Shown: one piece after another, positions 1-8,627 of the stretch | Layout: the number at the start of each line of letters is the position of its first letter | How positions within the stretch are numbered: position 1 is the stretch's first letter | Assembly (NCBI GenBank): GCA_049315385.1 | Contig: JBMOKG010000015.1 | Coordinates: forward strand, 71 to 64,070 | DNA: 64,000 nt | Origin: Bacteroidales bacterium | GTDB lineage: Bacteria; Bacteroidota; Bacteroidia; Bacteroidales; JACABE01 | Reading direction: 5' to 3' | Program-made: the position numbers and the translations under genes | The notes under the pieces: generated by a model | What the model was told of the DNA's origin: nothing | What the model saw: the letters and a program-made list of their open reading frames with translations, nothing else | The model's database searches: none

Positions 1-771
1 AACACCATCAACTATATTATCTCCGTCGTTATCAAAATTGGCATAATTTACATCTGGATTTGCAAGGGTAACAGCTTCAGTTACTAATTCATGAGTATGG
101 GAATCATGATTAGCTCCGTCGGGTGCACCATAATAAGCCATAGTATTAGATGCTGTGTAAGGCCCAGCAACAGTAACTGTAAGATTAAACTGATTATAAG
201 AAGTCTCTAAATAATAATCCTTTACACTACCGGTTGCCCCATTGGAAGTATAATTAATCTGATTGAAAAGATTATTAAAATCAGCCTGTGTTTTTGTAAA
301 TGCTAAATCAGTATATCCGATTAATATACAAACTAAATTTCGTGAACCTGTGGTTGGAAAAACATTTTGAGGCCCTGTTTGATTTACAATATCCCAGGCA
401 CTTAGCATCATCTGAATTTGTGAGTCGGAATAATGGAGTGATTTTGGAATATTGCTTAAAAAAAGTAAATCTTCAAAGCTTCTTTCTGAAGCGTTTTTAG
501 CTAAAATACCTGAAGGTACCATGTTATGATTAGCATCAAGTACAGCATATTCGTAATCACCTTTACTATTGAACAAAATAGCATATTTATCAATAGTTTC
601 AGCCCATCTTACCTTTTCGTCTCCTTTAAGTTGAATGGTAATAATATTACCATTCGGCTGTTTAAATTCAATGGGATAAGGATAAGCACTTCCGGCAATG
701 GCATTGTTGAATGTTAAAAATAAATTGAAACATAAAAAAATAAATAAAATAAAAAATGTAATTTTTCTCAT
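1..771 (-). CDS. M6-family (immune inhibitor A-like) metallopeptidase, N-terminal 257 codons; CDS runs off the left window edge
   Basis: Absent from the ORF track because it is edge-truncated. I checked + strand triplets 1-3 through 769-771 and found no TTA, CTA or TCA, so the minus frame is open. The ATG is at 771-769. Translation begins MRKITFFILFIFLCFNLFLTFNNAIAGSAYPYPIEFKQPNGNIITIQLKGDEKVRWAET and later has GSVKDYYLETSYNQFNLTVTVAGPYT..MAYYG. This pattern is typical of the pre-catalytic region of M6 peptidases. The HExxH site would lie outside the window. Confidence 0.6.
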   Translation of the reverse strand, partial: MRKITFFILFIFLCFNLFLTFNNAIAGSAYPYPIEFKQPNGNIITIQLKGDEKVRWAETIDKYAILFNSKGDYEYAVLDANHNMVPSGILAKNASERSFEDLLFLSNIPKSLHYSDSQIQMMLSAWDIVNQTGPQNVFPTTGSRNLVCILIGYTDLAFTKTQADFNNLFNQINYTSNGATGSVKDYYLETSYNQFNLTVTVAGPYTASNTMAYYGAPDGANHDSHTHELVTEAVTLANPDVNYANFDNDGDNIVDGV

Positions 772-948
772 AATGTTATAAATTTAGAAGTAAAATACTA
801 TTGGAGATTATAAATATTTGATTTTTAACTTTTAAAATAAAACAAAAAGGTTCTCATTAATTCATTCAGAAAATAGAAGAACTGAAATCATCTATCTTTT
901 TATGATAATTATATTAAGCAATTGAGTACTCTTTTATGTAAAAAAAAA

Positions 949-956
949 CAAAGATA
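949..956 (-). promoter_or_regulatory. -7 promoter box TATCTTTG on the minus strand (CAAAGATA on the + strand)
   Basis: The octamer is identical to those at 22836 and 36283. It lies about 180 nt upstream of the M6 protease ATG at 771. Confidence 0.25.
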
Positions 957-1186
957 ATACAAAGTGCTTCCTATATCAAGTAAAAAAAATAAAATTAACA
1001 AAAAAAAATCTACAAATCTAACATACTGAATCTTATGAATCAAAAAATATGTTAATTTATATTATTTAGCGGGGGATTTAGTCCTTTTGTTAAGAATTAC
1101 GATTCCAATGGGAATAAATCTTTATCTAAACAAAAAAGATAATCGATAGTATCCTGAATAATGATAGGAGGTAAAATTATGAAAAT

Positions 1187-1213
1187 GAAAGTGTGACTTC
1201 CAGCCACACTTTC
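1187..1213 (-). terminator. Hairpin downstream of the 1227..6248 gene
   Basis: GAAAGTGTG (1187-1195) pairs with CACACTTTC (1205-1213), with a 9-nt loop. On the minus strand it is followed by ATTTTCATAATTTT. Confidence 0.5.
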
Positions 1214-1226
1214 ACTAAAAAGTTTA

Positions 1227-2750
1227 TTATAAAATAACTTGTTTAACTACAAATACTTGTTTTTCATTATACATTTTAACTATATATGTACCATTAGCTA
1301 CTTTTAAATTATAATTAAACATACCTTCATGAATCTCAATAGATTTGATAAGTTCACCGTTTATATCAAAAATCTGTAAATTGGTTTTACCTAACCATGG
1401 ATTTGAAATACTCAAAATTTGATTTCCATAGTAAATATAAGGTGTTTTTTCAGGAATTTCAATCACATTAGTTGGATTAAAATGTAATAAAAAACGATTG
1501 GGATTATCATTTGCCAAAGCATTGAATGAATAGATATTATCCGATGACAAATTATGAAAAGAAACTGTGTAAAGGTCTTCAAGAATAATATTTCCCAATA
1601 CCTGAACTCCTTCAGCTGAAATTTTGTATTCACCATCAACGCCTGCTTTAAAACCAAAAGGTATTATTTGATTATTAGCTATTGAAGTAAGATTATTGAT
1701 ACTCCATTTTTTACCTGATTTTAAAGAATAGATTCCAGGAGCTGTTGGATATAAGCTGAACATTTTTTCTGCACCACCTAAATCATCAGTAAAACCAAAA
1801 CTAATTTTCAGTTCATCACTGTAATTGTTTTGATCAGATGTAACTTTAAGTTGAAGCGCATTATTATCAATTGTAGAAGATTTCAACCAAAATTGCGAAG
1901 AATGTTCACAGGCTGTTGTATTAACATTAAAATTTCCGGCTGTTATTGCTTTTACCCAAAATGCCTGCATGGAAGCTATAAAATTAGAAACGCCATTTGT
2001 TCCTGAAATTCCATTTGATATGAAGCATCCATAATTCCCTGTTAAAGGATTCCATACCCAGTAAGCATATTCATTTAAACCTGAATTCTCAAGCATATTT
2101 CTTGAAAAAGCGGAAGATGTATTCCAGTTTATTGCCGAAGGATATGGATTCCCAATAAGATTCCAACCTGAATAAATTCCGGGAGTTACAGTTAAATAAG
2201 AACTTATAGCAGTATTATTTAAATTTCCGGTAAAACTTTTAGTTGAAGAAGTTGCATAACTCACTGCATACCCCCTACCCAGTGCAAAATTATTGCTGCC
2301 ATTTAAAGAAAAGAACCCTGCATCTTCAAATGGAATCCAATTACTATTGTTTTCATTCCATGCATAAAAACTTTCAATTACAGGACTGAATCCGGAAGCA
2401 ATTGACTGATCTGCAACCGGTGAAGATAGTTGATGAAACTCATCTGATGTATTTATGGCAATATATTTCTGAACAATATTAGATACTGAACTTAGTGTTC
2501 CTTTATTCAATAAGGATGCTGTACCTGATGAATCAGACTGTAAAGTTAATATTCCATTTACAATTAAATCTTTAGATGAATTAATCGTTAATTTACCCAA
2601 GGGTGAAATTGTTAGATTATTACACTGCAAATTGTTTGAATTTACAACTGCTAATTTATTTGCCAGAATTACAGCATTTGTATTAGAAGCTGGTATTCCA
2701 TGATCCCAGTTAGCTGTATTTTCCCATAGATTTGAAACTGCTGCATTAAA
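1227..2750 (-). other. Shared C-terminal module copy 1 (tail type I)
   Basis: Starts at FNAAVSNLWENTANWDHGIP. Contains LQSDSSGTASL, DEFHQLSSPV, GRGYAVSY, YSGWNLIGNPYPSAINWN, QAFWVKA, DLGGAEKMFS, KKWSINNLTS and GFKAGVDGEYKI, followed by LEDL...NPNRFLLHF...NPWLGK and the CTD. Confidence 0.85.
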
Positions 2751-5700
2751 ATTTGAATTCAAAGCAGAAGTTATTCCAAAACCTGACAAACCTGGAGTTT
2801 TATAACAGTAGGTTGTCGTATTAAATTCATATACTGTAAAATAATATGTTTTTTCAGGAAGTAAATCTGTAATATTTACTGATGTTCCATTTCCCCGGTA
2901 TACAACATAATTTGCAGTTCCAATTTGCGAACCACTAGCAAATGAAGTATTTGCAGTATATATTATTCCATTTACAGGAAATGATTCTACAGCATTCATT
3001 TCTCTGCATACAACCAAAACTGCATTTCCATTACCACGCGACCATCCAACAGTCATTGCATTTGTATTTAAAGCTGAGGTAATAAAAGATGTAGCTTGTA
3101 TTGTTGGAGGAATACAAGGTGCAGAAATAACATTAAGAGTATAATCTTCCACTTCTCCATTATCAGCATCACCACAAGAAGTTGCATTAGATCCAAAACT
3201 TGTATCATGTAATCTTATTCTCATCCGTGTAGAACCAATCGTTGCATTTGAAGGAGGTGCAAAACCTAGAGTTGTGTGTGGACTCACGAATGATGTATCA
3301 TTTGAAGCATAAACATTTTCACCTACATCATCAAAATCTCCGTCTTTGTTCCAATCAACCCAGATTAAAAGTTGATCACCTGTATTAGAATTTTCCACAT
3401 TTACTATAGCCGATGTATTAATTCCAATCTGCAATGTTGTGGATTGAGATGTAAAATCCTGATATCCTGCAGTACCTCTTCCTGAAGTTTGATTAATAGT
3501 TCCAATAGTAACATTTGAAATATATTCAAAATCTGTACCAGGAGAACCAGCTGCACAATAGGTTGATGTACCTGTTGTAGTTGCATTTCCATTCAAGGCC
3601 GGAGTTAAATAACATTCTGTTGTTGTATTATATTCATAAACTGCAAAATAATAATTAGTTCCTGCTAACAATGAAGTTATATTAACAGTTGTTCCAACTC
3701 CTTTATATATAACATAATTTCCAGTTCCTATTTGATTACCTGATCCAAAACTTGCATTAGCTGTATAAAAACTCCCATTAACAGGATCAGCATTAACAGG
3801 GCTTCCTTTTCTGGCTAAAACAATCACAGAATTCCCACTTCCACGAATCCATCCCAAAGTCATTAAATTAGTATTTATTAAAGAAGATTGAAAAGCTGTT
3901 GCCTGAATCACAGGAGGTGTACATTGAGCATTTACAATATTAATTGTATAATCTTCCACTTCACCATCAAATGAATTTTCACATAAAATTGGAGAAGTAT
4001 TAAATTTAACAGCAACTCTCATTCTTGTTGTACCTGTAAGTGCAGTTGAAGGAATCGTTATACTTAAAGGAGATAGAGAAGTAATACCATTTAATACGTC
4101 TGTTGCACTTCCCAAATCATAAGCTTCTCCGGCATCCATAAAATCACAATCATGATTCCAGTCAATCCAGGCATAAGCAGCTACCGTATAACCACCTGCA
4201 GTATTAACATTTAAGTTAAGATTATAGGAAGCATTTTTATTTACAGTTGTCGAAATTGAGGTAAAATCTGAATATCCAGAAAGCTTTGCTGATGAATTAT
4301 TAATTGTATTAAAATTAACTAAAGTAATACTGGTTTGATAGTTAATATTTCCTGAAGAAACACAATAACTACAAGGAGCAACTCCGGTTGTTGTCACATT
4401 TCCTGTCAATGAAGATAAGAAATAGCAATTACCTGTATACTCATAAATCGCGAAATAATAAGTTGTCCCTGAAAGTAAATTTGTCAGATTTACAGAAGTC
4501 GATGTTCCATTATAAACAACGTAATTTGCTATACCAATTTGAGTTCCGCTTCCAAAAATAGTATTCGCGGTATAGTTAGTCCCGTTTAATGGGTCTGCAT
4601 TAACCGGACTTCCCTGCCTAGCTAACACCAATACATTATTTCCATTACCACGAATCCATCCTACTGATAATGAATTATTAGTAACTGTAGAAGATGTAAA
4701 AACACTTGGTTTCAAAGTTGGTGGAGTGCATGTAATAGATGTTACATTTAATGAATAATCTTCAACTTCACCATCAAAACCTGTTTCACAGGAAAAAGGT
4801 GCTGAATTGTATTTTGCTGAAATTCTCATTCTTGTAGTTCCACTAATTGCAGTAGCAGGAATAGTAATGCTTAATGGAGATAATGATGAAATTCCATTTA
4901 TTGAATTTACTACGATTCCTAAATCGTAAGATTCACCTGCATCCAGAAAATCATAATCATGATTCCAGTCAATCCATGCATAGGCATGCATTGTATAATT
5001 ACCATCTGTATTCAGTTTAACATTTAGATTATAATTTGAATTTTTATTTACTGTAGTAGAAATACTTGTATAATTATTATATGCAGCAGGTTTGGCTGTT
5101 ACATTATTAATTGCATTAAAATTAACTGAAGTAATACTGGTATTATAATCCATATTACCCGAAGCATTACAATATGAAGAAGGTAAAATTCCTAATGTAG
5201 TTGCATTTCCATTTAATGCAGGAGTTAAATAACATTTTGAAATTGAATTATATTCATAAACGGAAAAGTAATAATTTGTTCCTGAAATTAATGCTGTAAC
5301 ATTTACAGAAGTTCCAGCTCCATTATAAATAACATAATTTCCAGTCCCTATTTGCATTCCACTTCCAAAAGCAGAATTAGCAGTATAATCAGATCCATTT
5401 ACTGGATTTGAATTAACTGCACTTCCCTGACGGGCAATAACCAGCACCGAATTTCCGTTTCCACGAGTCCATGCAGTAGTCATTGAAGCACTGGTAATTG
5501 AAGAAGTTAAAAAAGCTGTTGCTTTTAAAGTTGGCGGTGTACAAATAAATGATGTTACATTTACAGAATAGTCTTCAACTTCGCCATAATCAGCATCTCC
5601 ACAAGCTGTTGAATTTGAACCAATACTTGTAGCATCATGCAAACGTATTCTCATTCTGGTTATTCCGGTTAAGGCTCCAGATGGAGGTACAAAATCAGCA

Positions 5701-6248
5701 GTGGTATAGGGACTAATAAAATTAATCCCATTTGAAGTATAAACATTTTCAGCTGTATCATCAAAATCACCATCCTGATTCCAATCAATCCAAATCAGAA
5801 TCTGATCACCGGGATTTGCATTCTCCACAATTATCAAAGCATTGGTTGATACTCCTATTTGTAAAGATGTAATCTGTGATGTAAAGTCCTGGTATCCATC
5901 TACTCCTCTTGATGATAATTGATTTATAGACCCTATTGCTACTTTTGAAATGTATTCAAAATCTGTCTGAGGAGAACCAGCAGGACAATAAGTTAAGGTC
6001 CCTGGAATTGCTAAATTAACTTCATTAACAGTTTTTTTTAAATAATCTGTTTTTATCGAAACATTATCAGGGATAATCGAAATATAGTGAATAAGTTCAT
6101 TCTCAAACTTTACGTTTATATCTTTAACTTCATTTTTTTCAAATCGAAAAAGATTTGAGTACAAGTTTGCAGAAGCAGCAATATTATATGTTGATTGAAA
6201 CTGATAACAAACAATAAATGATATTATTATGAGTATTTTTCTTTTCAT
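1227..6248 (-). CDS. Giant T9SS-sorted surface protein (1673 aa): four GEVED domains alternating with four FN3-like modules, then the shared C-terminal module
   Basis: ORF track. Signal peptide MKRKILIIISFIVCYQF. Four domains end in GEVEDY(S/T)xN. Four modules match TPPTxxATxF..W.RGNGN.VLV.AR.GS.VN..P.NG..YTAN..FGSG.QIG.GNYV.Y.G.GTSVN.T.L..GT.YYF.VYEYN. The tail NGTYIVKMYNEKQVFVVKQVIL resembles a Por/T9SS C-terminal domain. Confidence 0.9.
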   Translation of the reverse strand: MKRKILIIISFIVCYQFQSTYNIAASANLYSNLFRFEKNEVKDINVKFENELIHYISIIPDNVSIKTDYLKKTVNEVNLAIPGTLTYCPAGSPQTDFEYISKVAIGSINQLSSRGVDGYQDFTSQITSLQIGVSTNALIIVENANPGDQILIWIDWNQDGDFDDTAENVYTSNGINFISPYTTADFVPPSGALTGITRMRIRLHDATSIGSNSTACGDADYGEVEDYSVNVTSFICTPPTLKATAFLTSSITSASMTTAWTRGNGNSVLVIARQGSAVNSNPVNGSDYTANSAFGSGMQIGTGNYVIYNGAGTSVNVTALISGTNYYFSVYEYNSISKCYLTPALNGNATTLGILPSSYCNASGNMDYNTSITSVNFNAINNVTAKPAAYNNYTSISTTVNKNSNYNLNVKLNTDGNYTMHAYAWIDWNHDYDFLDAGESYDLGIVVNSINGISSLSPLSITIPATAISGTTRMRISAKYNSAPFSCETGFDGEVEDYSLNVTSITCTPPTLKPSVFTSSTVTNNSLSVGWIRGNGNNVLVLARQGSPVNADPLNGTNYTANTIFGSGTQIGIANYVVYNGTSTSVNLTNLLSGTTYYFAIYEYTGNCYFLSSLTGNVTTTGVAPCSYCVSSGNINYQTSITLVNFNTINNSSAKLSGYSDFTSISTTVNKNASYNLNLNVNTAGGYTVAAYAWIDWNHDCDFMDAGEAYDLGSATDVLNGITSLSPLSITIPSTALTGTTRMRVAVKFNTSPILCENSFDGEVEDYTINIVNAQCTPPVIQATAFQSSLINTNLMTLGWIRGSGNSVIVLARKGSPVNADPVNGSFYTANASFGSGNQIGTGNYVIYKGVGTTVNITSLLAGTNYYFAVYEYNTTTECYLTPALNGNATTTGTSTYCAAGSPGTDFEYISNVTIGTINQTSGRGTAGYQDFTSQSTTLQIGINTSAIVNVENSNTGDQLLIWVDWNKDGDFDDVGENVYASNDTSFVSPHTTLGFAPPSNATIGSTRMRIRLHDTSFGSNATSCGDADNGEVEDYTLNVISAPCIPPTIQATSFITSALNTNAMTVGWSRGNGNAVLVVCREMNAVESFPVNGIIYTANTSFASGSQIGTANYVVYRGNGTSVNITDLLPEKTYYFTVYEFNTTTYCYKTPGLSGFGITSALNSNFNAAVSNLWENTANWDHGIPASNTNAVILANKLAVVNSNNLQCNNLTISPLGKLTINSSKDLIVNGILTLQSDSSGTASLLNKGTLSSVSNIVQKYIAINTSDEFHQLSSPVADQSIASGFSPVIESFYAWNENNSNWIPFEDAGFFSLNGSNNFALGRGYAVSYATSSTKSFTGNLNNTAISSYLTVTPGIYSGWNLIGNPYPSAINWNTSSAFSRNMLENSGLNEYAYWVWNPLTGNYGCFISNGISGTNGVSNFIASMQAFWVKAITAGNFNVNTTACEHSSQFWLKSSTIDNNALQLKVTSDQNNYSDELKISFGFTDDLGGAEKMFSLYPTAPGIYSLKSGKKWSINNLTSIANNQIIPFGFKAGVDGEYKISAEGVQVLGNIILEDLYTVSFHNLSSDNIYSFNALANDNPNRFLLHFNPTNVIEIPEKTPYIYYGNQILSISNPWLGKTNLQIFDINGELIKSIEIHEGMFNYNLKVANGTYIVKMYNEKQVFVVKQVIL
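2770..5993 (-). repeat. In-frame (GEVED domain + FN3-like module) x4 array, GEVED subtypes in A-B-B-A order
   Basis: GEVED 1 and 4 share TYC.AGSP.TDFEYIS.V.IG.INQ.S.RG..GYQDFTSQ...LQIG...DWN.DGDFDD..ENVY...TRMRIRLHD. GEVED 2 and 3 share SYC..SGN..Y.TSIT.VNFN.INN..AK...Y..(Y/F)TSISTTVNKN..YNLN...AYAWIDWNHD.DF.DAGE.YDLG. Boundaries are approximate. Confidence 0.8.
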
Positions 6249-6653
6249 AATTAGTATTTTTAAATTTTTAGCAAGTTCAATAATTCATTTTTTAATAAAA
6301 CTTAAATCCGCATTATCGTGATTAACTCACTGATATTAAACCTAAAAGATCTTTGAGACCTGTTAGGTTTGTCCTTAAATTAATAGTGTTTTGAAACTAT
6401 ATCAGCGAATTCAAGGATATGCTTTAATATTCATAAAAAAATTATTTTGCTTGATTTGCAAAAAAGTAAAACAATTTTATATTTTCCTTTAGATTAATTT
6501 ATGTTTTAAAAAGTGAAACAAAAGCTTAGGTTATACAAATCTTAATTTTTCGTATTTTCACGAAAGAAACTAAGCAGTAGAACTGAAAAACTAACAATAT
6601 TATCGCCTGTTAATTAAAAAGATAAGAATATTTTCTAATTTTTAATATTCATA

Positions 6654-8288
6654 TTATTCAACTACTATCTTTTTTGTCGTTTTAACTCCATTATTTTCAA
6701 GTGAAATAAAATACAATCCTGTTTTCAAATCCAAATCAAAAGTCGTTGATGAGTCTTTAATCATTATAAAATATAGCAATTTACCCAATGAGTTGTAAAT
6801 CGACAATTTACAGTTTTCAGTATTGGTTTTATTTATTGTGATAATTCCATTTCCTGGATTTGGAAATAATTCAAATGAATCACGATTTAAAAAATCTTCA
6901 ACAATATTTGCCGTTGAGGAACAATTTACCTTGAAAACAGCTTTTTCAGCACTAGTTGTTGGTAATGGACTCCCTATCATATTAATACCACTTGCTGTTT
7001 TACGTATTGATGGCTGTGATGCTGGAAGCCCAAACGTAGAGGCTTGAACAGAAAAGTTAGTACCATTTACATAAATTAATCTTGTTGCGTTAGATCCAAT
7101 TCTTCCAGAAAAATAAAGGTCGTTATTACAATGTTCGGCACTACCACTTATAAGTGGGGAAAGGTTACTAATTTCAAATGTGGCAAGTGGACCGCCAACT
7201 ATTTTTTTGGTACCAGCCAATGTTCCATCTGTAACCCATAATGCTTTATTTGAATTTACAGTTAACAATGTGTCATACGTTTCAAAATAAACTAAGGAAT
7301 TAGTTGATCTAGAATTACCTCCAAATCCACCATTTCCATTTGGAAGAGAATTAGCAACCGTATTAAAATTCAGAGGTGTAGCAATACCAGCTGTAATCGA
7401 AACAAATTCCGCACCTGACCCAACAACATTATCGTTTCTAATTGCGATTACTCCATTAGGAGTTACCCCTACTATTCTTACAAAGTTTTTATTTGCAGAA
7501 GTTTCAGCATATAAAACAGTTTTTGTTCCGTTATCATTTACTTTATAAATTTTACTGTTTCCAACAGAGCCGTTTCCAAAAGGGGTACAATAATAATAGT
7601 CATTATTAAATACAGTTCCAAAATCATAACTACCGGATGCTGAAGAATCAATTTTAACAATAGCAGCTGTTGTTAAATCTATTCTTTTTAAACAAGCTGG
7701 TGCAGAAGATGAAGCAACTATATCTGAAAATATAATAGAATTAGATGTATGTTGCATTTCAATAGTTCCTCCTATATATTCAACTGTAGCAAGCACTTGA
7801 ATACTAGCAACAGATGTATAATCGGTTTTAAATATTTTATTTGATGTTCTGAAAAAAGTAAAATTACCTTTATGAAAATAGTCTCCGGCAATGACTTTAT
7901 CTGCAGTGTAACCAGCCATTGGTAATTGCCCACCGTTAATATCAATTTGGCTTGTTCCATCAAATAATTTAAATGGGGACCCATTAGCGACTGGAAATAT
8001 TCCTTTTCCTTTATTAAAAATCATTGTTTGAAAAGGATCTACTGTTAATGTAGTTACTAATGTAGCTGTATTATTCCCATCAATTTTCATAAGTGTCAAG
8101 GCAGGGTAATTCACAACATAATAGCTCAATGAGTCTGATGTTACCTTGCCAAAATTAGTTGTATTTCCATTTGGTTGGTAAATATTTATAGCTTGAGCAA
8201 AAATGTTTGTTAACATAGATATATATAAAATCAAGGTAAAAAAATGTTTTTTCATAAGTCTGTTATTTAAGTTTAATTTTTGATTCAA
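6654..8288 (-). CDS. Secreted protein with an ELWxxDGT-type repeat and a T9SS C-terminal sorting domain (544 aa; the real start may be M12 at 8255)
   Basis: ORF track. MKKHFFTLILYISMLTNIFAQ from residue 12 looks like the signal peptide. The motif ALWVTDGTLAGTKKIV matches the ELWxxDGT repeat class. The tail FELFPNPGNGIITINK...GLYFISLENNGVKTTKKIVVE is a typical T9SS CTD. Confidence 0.8.
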   Translation of the reverse strand: MNQKLNLNNRLMKKHFFTLILYISMLTNIFAQAINIYQPNGNTTNFGKVTSDSLSYYVVNYPALTLMKIDGNNTATLVTTLTVDPFQTMIFNKGKGIFPVANGSPFKLFDGTSQIDINGGQLPMAGYTADKVIAGDYFHKGNFTFFRTSNKIFKTDYTSVASIQVLATVEYIGGTIEMQHTSNSIIFSDIVASSSAPACLKRIDLTTAAIVKIDSSASGSYDFGTVFNNDYYYCTPFGNGSVGNSKIYKVNDNGTKTVLYAETSANKNFVRIVGVTPNGVIAIRNDNVVGSGAEFVSITAGIATPLNFNTVANSLPNGNGGFGGNSRSTNSLVYFETYDTLLTVNSNKALWVTDGTLAGTKKIVGGPLATFEISNLSPLISGSAEHCNNDLYFSGRIGSNATRLIYVNGTNFSVQASTFGLPASQPSIRKTASGINMIGSPLPTTSAEKAVFKVNCSSTANIVEDFLNRDSFELFPNPGNGIITINKTNTENCKLSIYNSLGKLLYFIMIKDSSTTFDLDLKTGLYFISLENNGVKTTKKIVVE

Positions 8289-8627
8289 TTAAATTGCAAA
8301 TAGCAATATTAAAAATGATTAAAAAAACTAAATTAACTATTTTAATTTGGATTAAAATTAAGGTTGAGCGTTGCATTATCTGCGTGATGAATACATCTAA
8401 AAATTGTTTAATTAGAAATACCTGCTTATCAAATTTCCATAAACTGTAATTGAGAAACAAATATGCTAAAACAATATTCATTATCAAAATGCGAATTACA
8501 GCAAATTTCAAAAAGGCAATATATAGTTTATTTTATTAACTTATTTTAGGTATTATTTAAATTTTTCACCCCTATCCCGACAGGATATCGAAACAGGGGT
8601 AAAAAATCTAAAATGAATTCTAAATAT

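Noticed and set aside
300-717. Track ORFs 300..500 and 526..717 on the + strand
   Set aside because: Both lie inside, and antisense to, the continuous minus-strand M6 protease frame (1..771). That frame has a clean signal peptide and family motifs. The + ORFs are short, low-complexity and lack recognisable features.
1060-1130. Possible tRNA or small RNA in GCGGGGGATTTAGTCCTTTTGTTAAGAATTACGATTCCAATGGG
   Set aside because: There is no T-loop (GTTCRANYC) or acceptor-stem complementarity, so no cloverleaf can be drawn.
6032-6039. Homopolymer (T8 on + strand, A8 in the coding strand) near the 5' end of 1227..6248 as a slipped-strand phase-variation tract; also T7 at 45184-45190
   Set aside because: Runs of 7-8 A/T are expected by chance at this AT content, and similar runs are common in the intergenic DNA here. 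There is no supporting evidence of length heterogeneity.
8263-8511. 82-aa ORF in the gap between the 6654 and 8628 genes
   Set aside because: It is an Ile/Leu/Phe/Asn-rich translation of AT-rich intergenic DNA. It overlaps the 5' end of 6654..8288 and has no motif or promoter support. It is most likely a chance ORF.
8568-8600. Hairpin ACCCCT...AGGGGT (with inner ATCC/GGAT) as the terminator of the 8628..15200 gene
   Set aside because: On the minus (transcribed) strand the T-run precedes rather than follows the stem, and the stem is short and interrupted. I kept it only as a weak possibility and did not list it as a feature.
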